From: Andalucia godoyi And28
Lineage: Eukaryota; Protista; Jakobida
Assembly: GCA_009859145.1 (NCBI GenBank)
Contig: VRVR01000016.1
Span: forward strand, 279,550 to 343,549
DNA length: 64,000 nucleotides
Direction: 5' to 3'
Below the pieces are notes generated by a model. That model was not told where the DNA came from. It worked only from the letters and a program-made list of their open reading frames with translations, and did no database searches. Made by a program: the position numbers and the translations under genes. Of this stretch, positions 42,605 to 51,624 are shown in pieces (positions within the stretch are counted from its first letter, which is position 1; every line of letters starts with the position of its first letter).

Positions 42605-45237
42605 CTACGGAAACTCGTGACAGTCATTCCAAAGACGTTCCGGGGGAAGATCAATTAGTGTACCACTGGATGTTTCCACACCTCGAATGCAGAAATACCG
42701 CTGCTTCTCTCCAGGGCGAGGGCCGACAATGCAATGCGACACATGGGTTTTTGAGATGACCGATTCGAGAGGAACTACATCAAACATGCCTTCGGATTTC
42801 GAAGGAGCAAGTCGGCCCTCGGCAACTTCGTCTTCGGAAAAGCTGCCTTCAAAAGATATTGGATAAAACAGCTCGAATCGATCATTCAGAGAAGATCGCA
42901 TATGCGCGTTTGCATCCGCGACGTTTTCCACAGACCAAAACCACCGAACAATCAGAGAAATCTTGTCTGACGACAGCGGCGACAGTTGATCTGTTTTCGG
43001 TCGGCGAATCGATCGGATGATGCCAACATATGGGGCTTCTGATTTCCTATCAGGGTTCAACAGCACACAGTCTCCAATCGCCAAAGGTTGGCCAGCAAAC
43101 GAAACTGAAGCCCCCGGTAAACAAAGATACTCAAAGCCAGTTGCGCTGGGCTTTCTCGCCACAGCAGGCTGTGATTCCCTTTGCAATGTTGACGGTTTCG
43201 CAGTGACATCTTCCGCCAGCGGATTGTCACTTGGAAGCTCAAAAGCCAGCTTACTTTGTAAACGATCTGTGGACGGTTTGCATTTCTCGCCTGACACCTT
43301 GGGTTTCTCCAACGGAGCTGTCGGCGTCCTTTTCCTGGTCGTCGAAACGACAAATTCCGCATCTGCAGTGTGTGCGGACGGGCCAGCCACAGGTGTTTCG
43401 TCATCCGCATCGTCATCCACACCCATATCCACACCCACACCCACATCACCAGAATTGTCTGCATGCGAGGAGCCATGTGGATCCCGGTCGCTCTCGGTTT
43501 CTTTTTCCTTGAACTGCTCATCGCCATCCTCTACCCCGGAAACATCGCCAGCACTGCTTTTGAGCGGCGCAGGCACATTGCACTCCCACAAAGCAAGATC
43601 CGGGAGCGGGATCCTTGCCGAAGGGTATAAATCCAAATTCTCCGTAATCTGCAATTTGAACTCTTCGTCGGAAAGTGCAAGGAGCCGCAAAAGCTCCTTT
43701 TCTTCCCCTTCTTTCTCCGCAATCATTGACAAGAGCGCGGCTCGCGTCTGCAACTTCGTGCGATGCAGGTGCGAAGTCAGAAACGAAATGTACTTTCCTT
43801 GGACATCAAGCTCTCGAAAGCCAGGCGCTTTCGACGCCGAACCAGCTCTCGCCACGCTCGCAGCATGCGCTTCATACCGCGGATGATTGGGAGGCACGGA
43901 CGAAGTCATCAAAACTCGAAACGAAGCAGCAGCTTCTTCACGAACTTTTGCAGAAGTGCCCATGAAACCAGCAAGCAGAGCTGATGGCGGCAGTCCATTT
44001 CGACTGGCAACCACGACAAATGGCATCCGAACCGAGACGACGCCGCAAGTTGGCCCGTCAACGCCGAGAGACTTCGCCGCATCTGCATGCTCAGCACACT
44101 TTCCTTGTTGGTTCACCAGTTCTAACATCCAATCATCTCGCTGTTCGACTCGAAACACGTTCATGTAAGTGGACAATGTTCCAGCATCATTTGATCGGCT
44201 TGATGACGTGCTTGCAACCGACATCCCTGCTGTCATATATGGCGACATGATGATCCCAATTCCAAACGAAGCCATTGTCTGGATCGAGCTCTGCATATCC
44301 ATGTCTTTCTGAGAAGGAAACGGAGCAATCCGCGGATGGGAATGGTACCATCCAACCCATTGAATCTGGAATTCCGCTTCCACCAAACCACACGCATCCA
44401 CCCCATTGTCTTGTCCCAGTGCTTTCTTTTCCACGTCGTTTTCATCGTCGTTTGACGCTGCGTCGACGTTAATCGGAAGATTTGAGGATGCCGCTCGCAA
44501 AACAGCCTCCAGTGTAGCGATTTCCAGTGGAAGATAGTCATACACCTTGACAGGCTTCAGCGATTCTAAACTGGATGCTGAATTTGACATGTCTGCAGGG
44601 TCGCATTCGACTGCATCCGGAGCGATTCCACACAGCACCCGACTTCCTGGAATTGCGTTCGTAATGACAATAACGAAGGCATCTTCCGGAAACGACGTTG
44701 TCGAGAACAAGCACGGCTGACGCACTGTTTGCAGCTCGGAGCGCAAACCCTCGTAGATCTTGCAAAGATGCCGAATGGATACTCGAATTCCTCCGAGCTG
44801 CCCAATGACTTCACACGTGGAGTCCGAGTAGGCATGACATGACATTGTCCATCGAACAAACGTAGGGATGACGACCGCACCTGGATGCTGGAAGAGCCCC
44901 AGTCTGCTTGGAGCATACAGTTTCTGAAGCCCAACATCCGAGTGGAATTCCTGACCGCGGTTCGTTCTTCGTCCAGACAGCACCGAGACAGCAGGCTCCG
45001 AAGCCGAAGGGCCAATCACATCATAATCCGTCTGTGCTTTCTAAAAATCGCCAATCTCACTCACGCAGCCACGCACGAAAACGGAATAAGCAAAAAAGGA
45101 CATACTTGAAACGATTGGAAACAGAAATTACGGCGAAGACAACAATAACAACAAACAAACAATAAAACCACTAGATGTACTAAATAAAAAGGAAGATTTC
45201 ATACGACTCGATTTCTCTGCGGATATCGACGATCCAT
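42605..45237 (-). CDS. JAMM/MPN+ deubiquitinase (MYSM1/MPND/BRCC36-like) with C-terminal BAH domain; probable exon 1 at 45237-45205
   Basis: CHAYSDSTCEVIGQLGG...VGWYHSHPRIAPFPSQKD...GIIMSPY; BAH: IGDCVLLNP...PYVGII...VRWFW...ELFY...VPLESVISKTHV. Confidence 0.8.
45041..45204 (-). other. Probable intron (164 nt)
   Basis: GTATGA...TTTTAG on minus strand; gives MDRRYPQRNRV|KAQTDYDVIG in frame. Confidence 0.55.
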
Positions 45238-45277
45238 TTCCCTTTCAAACAAGTACGCTGCTATCCATCAAACAACA

Positions 45278-45340
45278 ACAATAATAACAATAATAACAAT
45301 AATAACAATAATAACAATAATAACAATAATAACAATAATA
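45278..45340. repeat. (ACAATAATA)7 tandem repeat
   Basis: Seven perfect 9-mers read directly. Confidence 0.9.
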
Positions 45341-45603
45341 ACCCTGATTCCAGGGAAGTGAATCGATTTCCCAATTAGAGTGAACCCCTGTCCTTTTTCG
45401 ACTGAAACGTTCAGCTACAGTCGCTTCTCTTGCTCTCAGCATTTCAAAAATTCAGCTGCCTTCTCCAGGCTTCTTGTTCTCCGTGTGCCGTTCTTTTAGA
45501 TTAGTGGTTTCGTGAAAATTGGAACCAAAGGAATTTGGTCGCTGTCGTTCTCGGGTCGTGTTGTCTCCTCAATCTGAGTGGTGCCTAGTAGCACATTTGG
45601 TTC

Positions 45604-46125
45604 TCAAAGGCTTGGAGAAAGATCCATTCCCCATTCTTTGTATTTATCCAGGATGACTCTTGCTTTTTCGTCGCCCTCGTGAACACCGTCGAGGATTTGG
45701 CGTGAATCCACTGGGATCATTTTCAGACACTGCACAAAAAACGAATGTGCATGTTTGAACGTTGCATTAACGCGTTCTTTCGTAATGCGGTTCGCGGCTT
45801 GCGCCACGAGTGCAGCCACCCCTTTATGCTTCGATGGACTGTAAGAAAGCAAGCTGATACTGGGTAGCGACAATGGTTCCTGGAACCTGGAACAATGCTG
45901 GTTCATGTTGTCTGTGATCACTATTACACCGGTCATTGCAGGTGATATGCATATTTTGGATATAACCCTCCAACCCAAATGTCTGATGGACTCCTCTGAT
46001 ACATTCATCACCGGATAGTATAGCTGAAGGTGTGTGCAGGGCGAGGCCCAATGAGATACTCTCGAATATTGACAACCGATTCCTTGTAATCGATGATGGC
46101 CACTGATGCGGATTGTAAAAGTCAC
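45604..46125 (-). pseudogene. Decayed IS630/Tc1-mariner (DDE_3) transposase fragment
   Basis: GVIVITDNMNQH (second-Asp DN..H motif), LLSYSP (LPPYSP) with the following LNPIE block missing, then AANRITKERVNATFKHAHSFFVQCL resembling the C-terminal helices; no ATG start or TIRs found. Confidence 0.55.
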
Positions 46126-46270
46126 TTTACGCCAAATAAATCTGACTGAGGCGCAGCATGCTAGACAATGGGTTGAAGAGGCTTGGGTTTGCAGGGTAAT
46201 GCTTGTGTAAACATGATGGTATTCTTAATTTGATTCTTTCTTTCTTTCATTTCATTTCTTTCGTCTTTTT

Positions 46271-46310
46271 TTGATGCTAGAAATGAGATAGCGGATCAAA
46301 AACCGACAGG
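46271..46310 (+). repeat. Isolated fragment resembling the 3'/right end of the Fanzor2-derived element
   Basis: TTGATGCTAGA-n16-AAAAACCGACAGG versus TTGATGCTAGA-n10-AAAAACCGACAAGG at 17612-17578 (minus). Confidence 0.45.
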
Positions 46311-46415
46311 TCTAGTGGGCGGAGCGATAAAAGTCGAAACGTCTCCAACGCACATTCAACATTGTCTTTTGGTTTTTTGTGGATGAAAGCACTGACACAG
46401 TGAAGCAGCCGAACA

Positions 46416-47180
46416 GTGGAGCAACAGTACATCATGTGCAACGGCGGCATGCCCACGGGCGTTATTCGCCTAGGCGGTTGCCCGCGAATGCCGTGGAAGA
46501 ATGGGCAGGGGGAAACGACCCAGCTGTGTATATGTCCGCGTGGTGCGGAGCTTGCCAGAAATGATTATCTGTTTCGTGTGTCATCGGCTGTGGTTCGTCA
46601 GAGTGGGCCGTTCAGCACGTTCGATGGCTATTCGCGCTGGCTCTGGCTGACGTCCATCGAAAGAAGCAAGACATGCGACAGAGCGACTGCGGATGCAGAT
46701 GTGGCTGCGTTAACTGTCGTTGTTGGCGATGGACAAGCTCACGAACTGCGCGACGCCGGCGACGGCTTTTCGTTTGATGGTGGTGTCCCTGCGCAGTGCT
46801 TCTTGGCTCCCGGCTGCGATGCCATCCGGGATTTTGGAATCATTTTTAAAAGGGATAAAGTGGTCGTCGAAAGCGTAGAAGTCGTGAGGCTTCCAGCAGG
46901 TCAGACAAGGGTCAATCCCCTGGTGTCCGCTGCAGATGCGGTCACGGTTGTCCACGTTGCCTGCGGATCTGTGCGCGTACGCAGCAGCAGCGGCTTCACA
47001 GAGATGTTGGATCGGTTCGACACGTTCTGCGGGGCCGCAGGACTGTTACCAGCTGCCGTCGTGCCAGGCCCACCGGGAACGAGCGAATTGTCAGCTTCCA
47101 CGCTGCAGATTACGTCCTCCACCGACACCAATACCGAGGACGCCGTGCTCATTTGCTGTGCTATCCGCCTGCAAAGTTGA
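46416..47180 (+). CDS. hutD: HutD/Ves family cupin-like protein
   Basis: RMPWKNGQGETTQL...YLFRVSSAVVRQSGPFSTFDGYSRWL; FSFDGG; RDFGIIF. Confidence 0.85.
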   Translation: MEQQYIMCNGGMPTGVIRLGGCPRMPWKNGQGETTQLCICPRGAELARNDYLFRVSSAVVRQSGPFSTFDGYSRWLWLTSIERSKTCDRATADADVAALTVVVGDGQAHELRDAGDGFSFDGGVPAQCFLAPGCDAIRDFGIIFKRDKVVVESVEVVRLPAGQTRVNPLVSAADAVTVVHVACGSVRVRSSSGFTEMLDRFDTFCGAAGLLPAAVVPGPPGTSELSASTLQITSSTDTNTEDAVLICCAIRLQS

Positions 47181-47387
47181 CAACACACAGCCTCCAGCGT
47201 CTATCACATGGTTGAAGGGAACAAACAAACGAACGAGGCAAAACCCCACAACAAAAATACCAACAACCAAAGAGCGAGGGAAAGAGACGTTGTGGGGAAA
47301 CAGCAAGTAATAATAATAATAATAAAATAAATAAATACATAAATAAAGAACTTTATTATCAGAACAAGAAAGGTTGGATGGTGACGG

Positions 47388-50300
47388 CTACTGCATTGCG
47401 TTGTCCTTGGCCAGAGCAACGAGCTCGGGATTTGCAAGAGGATCTACTCCTGGAGGAACGATGCGGTACTTTAGTTCGATTGGAACCGCTCCGTCCTTCT
47501 TGGTCACGACAATCTGGATTTCGTCAAAGACGCTGATCTTTTGCTGCCCCATAGGCCAGTCCACAACCAGGCGCTGATCGGCTTCGTCGCTTCCAAAAAA
47601 CGTCCACTTTGTTGGAATGTCTTCCAGGAACAAGGTTCCTTCAAGGCCATAGTGCGTTTCCATTACCTTGATGAACTTTTCACCAAGACTGTGTACGACA
47701 GCAGTCGACACAATCGGCTTGTTCTGCACAAACAGAATCAGAAACAGCGCCCACGAAAGTTCCTCGCATCGGCGGGCCGCCATCTTCTTTTCATTGCAGT
47801 TCGCACAGATTTCATCCAGGTCGCCACCTGCGGGCAATGTAGCAGCAGTCAACCCATGTCGAGGACTGTTGATTGCGACGCTCAGCAAACGATGCACCAC
47901 AATATCGGCAAATCGGCGAATCGGACTCGTAAAATGCGTGTAGTAGTCAACATTCAGCGCATAATGGTGAGAATCGTTCTGGGCGTCCCCAGTGTTCTTG
48001 TGGAGGCACATGTACTCGGCAACACACATCGTACGACTTGCAAGATATTCAACAACCGTCGCAACTTGTTTCGTTTGCTCTTTGCGGACTCGCTGCAACA
48101 ACTGATGCATCGTACCAGACGGGATTTCCTCTACGCTCTCTCCGACAGTGCCGTCCGCAAACAGATACTGAGACAGATCATGTTCCTTCATGAACTTCAC
48201 AAAGGACTCGAGTTTGTTCTCCGTCGGCGCCGGGTGCTTTCGGAGCAACGCACGCTCCGGATCAAAGGAAGCAAGCTTTCGCGCAACAACTTCGTTGGCG
48301 GCCAACATGTACTCTTCCACAAGCCAGTTTGCTTCCTTCGTGACGTAGAGACCAACGTCTGTGGGATGCTTCATCTCAGCGTCCAAGGAGAAGTACATCT
48401 TTGGACGGTTCAACGCCAAGGAGCCAGAATCGAAACGGCGTTTGCGGCGGATGGAGGCCAAAATGTGCAGCAATAGAGAGTCTCGAACGACCTCTCGTTC
48501 AATCTCCGCAGTTGCCGGACGCCACTTCTGAGCCCACCCTTGAAAAGAATTCGCAACGTGATCGATGTTGGCGATTTGTGCACGGTATCCACCAACAGCC
48601 GGATCTTGCACAACATCGATGAATGCCTCGCGGTTCGGACCAATGGCATCTTGATGTGCCAGTCTTGCTTGCTCGACCATCTTTTGCACAGTTGCGTAGT
48701 CGCCTCTCCAACAAGTGCGAATTACACTTCGAGAGAAACGAATCGAGTCCGGGACTACTTCACATGTGTCGACATCCAATTTCCAGAATGCGCTGAATGC
48801 AAGGCGATCCACGTCCGGATTCAAGGAGCACAGATTCTCGCTCAGCAGACGCGGTAACATGGGAATGACACGATCAACTAGATACACAGACGTCGCCCGA
48901 GCATTTGCAACGTTGTCGAGCGCAGAGTTTGGAGAAATGAAGAAGGAGACATCGGCAATATGCACTCCAATTTCTACCACTCGATCAGTCACCCACTCGA
49001 CAGACAGCGCATCATCCAAGTCTCTCGCGGTTGTCGGATCGATGGAGAAGATGCGCTTGGCTCGCAAATCTTCGCGCTTGGCAAGCTCCTCTGGGGGAAT
49101 GGTCCATGTATGGTCATACTCGGACAGTGTGTCGACGGCTTCCTTTGGAAAATCCCCCGCATCAATGTTGTTGGACTGCAGAATTGCTGCTGTTTCAGCC
49201 TCGACGGTACCCGCCTGCCCAAGACTGGACTGAAATGCCGCCCAGGGATAGGGAACTGTCGCAGGCCATTTGTCAATCTGTACAAGATAAAGTTGCGAAG
49301 GAGACCAATTTTCCACAGGAAGCGGACCGTCGTCCTCACTCCTTTCTCGGGATTTACCCCCGTTCTTGCGATTCACGTCCTTTCCAGTAGCGTTGTTCCC
49401 TTCCGCTGAAGGACCAGCACCAGCACCAGCACCAGCACCAGAGGATGCAGTGGAATCTGCGCTGGAAATCGAGGACGCGGACGGAAACATCGCCTTAACA
49501 GCTTGTTCTAGGATCTGCCGTCCTGCGCCACGATGAGTGTAGACAAACGCTCGAGGGTATCGACTGTCCAATGGTTTGAAAAGCAATGTCGTTGTCCCTT
49601 GCAACGTGATCGTACCGGCAACGGAACGGAAAGGAGACTGCTGAACAATACCCACAACCTTTCCCAGCTTGCGGGCAGCTTTCTCCGTTTTTGCCGCTCC
49701 TCGAGCAGCAGCCTCAACAACATCCTCCTCATCACTGTCGACGACGTCCGCAGTCGAGTACTCGACACTTGCGTCAACATCACCCATGGCTGATTCACTC
49801 GCTGCCTTTTGAGATCTCGAAAGCGCATGGTTCTTGTGGCGAAGTACGGCAGCACCTTCCAGAATGCGAACAGCAACCGTGTCTCCTTCCATTGCTCGAT
49901 TTCGAGTTCGCTCGCCATCAATCATGACGTCGCGGTCCATGCCAGGGATCGTGACGTAAGCTTCATGGTAGTTCTTCTTGTTAATGCGAAGCTTTCCAAC
50001 AAATAGAGTCTTAGCTGCAATCCCAGCAGCAAGGTCTGCTGGTTCCAAGTACTCTTCATAGCGCGCCTTTCTTTTGGCTCCCGACGCTGTTGAAGCGCCG
50101 GAATACCGCGATGTCCCAGTGACCGTCGTGGCAGCCTCTGCACCCTCGGTGTTCGACCGCGAAGACTTGTCGCGCCTGTTCTTCTTTTTCCCAGACCGAT
50201 CACTGTGCGCAGCACTCGAAATTGATGGTTCTTCCGAGCCACTTGCTTCCGCTCTTCTTAGGTTAGGTTGATCACCCCTTTGCCGTTTTGACACCGAAAC

Positions 50301-51050
50301 CGACGCCGACGCTGCCTCTGGACGGTCATGGCTACTGGAGGCCTCGGAGAACCTCGTGTTTCGAACATGGTCTCCGCGAGTCTGCAGTGGAAGCTTCGCA
50401 GAAAGATGCGATGGATCCGATACCACGGGAACAGGAACAATCGTCGAAACATCGAAAACGGCCCTTCCGCGCACCGGAGCTTCTTGCACCGAACTCGATT
50501 CGGAGCGATTTCCGCCTTCTCGTCGGCCACGCCGGCCGCGGTGACCACTGGCCGTCTGAGAGTCCTGGGCCGCCTCTGAAGCTTGCGACATTCGAGCAGA
50601 TCGCGAAACAAGTCCAGTCACAGCATTCACAGGAGCACCAGGAACACCAGGAGCACCAGGAACGCCTGGAACACTTGGAAGCGAGATTGCCGGTGCTGGA
50701 ACCCACTGGCTTGCCCCACCACGGTCTGCATTCCCCCGACCGCCTCTCCCGCCTCGAAAAGAGCGAGCAGCAGATGTAGACGTGGACGCGGAGTTCCTGG
50801 CGCTTGCTCGGGACTCAGAGCCGTCTTCCGTCGATTCCGAGACTCTGGGCCTTGAATGGCTGCCTCGATCTCTACCGCCGCCTCTGCCACGCCGAGGCTG
50901 AGCAGATGGGAAATTATCAGAGTGTTCAGAAACATGTTCGGTGGTGCTGGTGGCTGTGCTGGAGTCACGTTCGCTTTGGCGGTTTCGACCGCTCCGATGC
51001 GCCCCACGCCGTCCAGAGGCAATTTCCACCCTCGGATTCTGATCGCTCAT
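47388..51050 (-). CDS. DIS3L2: DIS3-like 2 3'-5' exoribonuclease (RNB domain)
   Basis: YEEYL, GKLRINKKNYHEAYV, RNRAMEGDTVAV, IFSIDPTTARDLDDALS, ATSVYLV, HYALNVDYYTHFTSPIRRFAD; no PIN domain; long disordered RGG-rich N-terminus. Confidence 0.9.
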   Translation of the reverse strand: MSDQNPRVEIASGRRGAHRSGRNRQSERDSSTATSTTEHVSEHSDNFPSAQPRRGRGGGRDRGSHSRPRVSESTEDGSESRASARNSASTSTSAARSFRGGRGGRGNADRGGASQWVPAPAISLPSVPGVPGAPGVPGAPVNAVTGLVSRSARMSQASEAAQDSQTASGHRGRRGRREGGNRSESSSVQEAPVRGRAVFDVSTIVPVPVVSDPSHLSAKLPLQTRGDHVRNTRFSEASSSHDRPEAASASVSVSKRQRGDQPNLRRAEASGSEEPSISSAAHSDRSGKKKNRRDKSSRSNTEGAEAATTVTGTSRYSGASTASGAKRKARYEEYLEPADLAAGIAAKTLFVGKLRINKKNYHEAYVTIPGMDRDVMIDGERTRNRAMEGDTVAVRILEGAAVLRHKNHALSRSQKAASESAMGDVDASVEYSTADVVDSDEEDVVEAAARGAAKTEKAARKLGKVVGIVQQSPFRSVAGTITLQGTTTLLFKPLDSRYPRAFVYTHRGAGRQILEQAVKAMFPSASSISSADSTASSGAGAGAGAGPSAEGNNATGKDVNRKNGGKSRERSEDDGPLPVENWSPSQLYLVQIDKWPATVPYPWAAFQSSLGQAGTVEAETAAILQSNNIDAGDFPKEAVDTLSEYDHTWTIPPEELAKREDLRAKRIFSIDPTTARDLDDALSVEWVTDRVVEIGVHIADVSFFISPNSALDNVANARATSVYLVDRVIPMLPRLLSENLCSLNPDVDRLAFSAFWKLDVDTCEVVPDSIRFSRSVIRTCWRGDYATVQKMVEQARLAHQDAIGPNREAFIDVVQDPAVGGYRAQIANIDHVANSFQGWAQKWRPATAEIEREVVRDSLLLHILASIRRKRRFDSGSLALNRPKMYFSLDAEMKHPTDVGLYVTKEANWLVEEYMLAANEVVARKLASFDPERALLRKHPAPTENKLESFVKFMKEHDLSQYLFADGTVGESVEEIPSGTMHQLLQRVRKEQTKQVATVVEYLASRTMCVAEYMCLHKNTGDAQNDSHHYALNVDYYTHFTSPIRRFADIVVHRLLSVAINSPRHGLTAATLPAGGDLDEICANCNEKKMAARRCEELSWALFLILFVQNKPIVSTAVVHSLGEKFIKVMETHYGLEGTLFLEDIPTKWTFFGSDEADQRLVVDWPMGQQKISVFDEIQIVVTKKDGAVPIELKYRIVPPGVDPLANPELVALAKDNAMQ

Positions 51051-51584
51051 ACCACAAAAAAAAACCTCTCTGGTTATTTATGTTAAAAACAATAATTAAG
51101 AAGCTTTAAAAATAACACGAAATCAAAACAAAACAAAACAAAACAAAACAAAACAAAACAAAACAAAAAAGATTATATGTATTAATAAAAAACCCCAAAA
51201 AAGATCCAAAAGGAACACGTTTCGAGTATTTTTGCCTCTTCTCAATTTTGGATTTATTTGTGCGCCAGAAGTACTCAAGTGAGGCATGGAAGTGATGCTT
51301 GATGCTAGGGTTTTTTTTCCTGCACTTGATGATGATTCGGATTGCCGTCCAATGTACAAAGGGAAAAGAGGACGCTATTTGCCGCCTCGAGTATTTTCAA
51401 AAGCTGTTTTCATTTTTTAATTAATTATTTCACTAAAGTATTGTTTTTACATTTTTTAACTTTATTTTTAATATTTAAATCTTCCTCCCTCCTCCTTTTT
51501 TCTTTTCTTTTCCTATTGTACCCGTATCATCGTGGACTTTCAGACTCACGCACGAACGCAAAAAACCGGGAAAAAAAGCAGAAA

Positions 51585-51615
<31 letters not shown>

Positions 51616-51624
51616 AAAGAGGGA

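Noticed and set aside
45278-45340. Tandem repeat considered as a CRISPR-like array or telomeric repeat
   Set aside because: Perfect 9-mer with no spacers and no G-rich strand; a simple minisatellite
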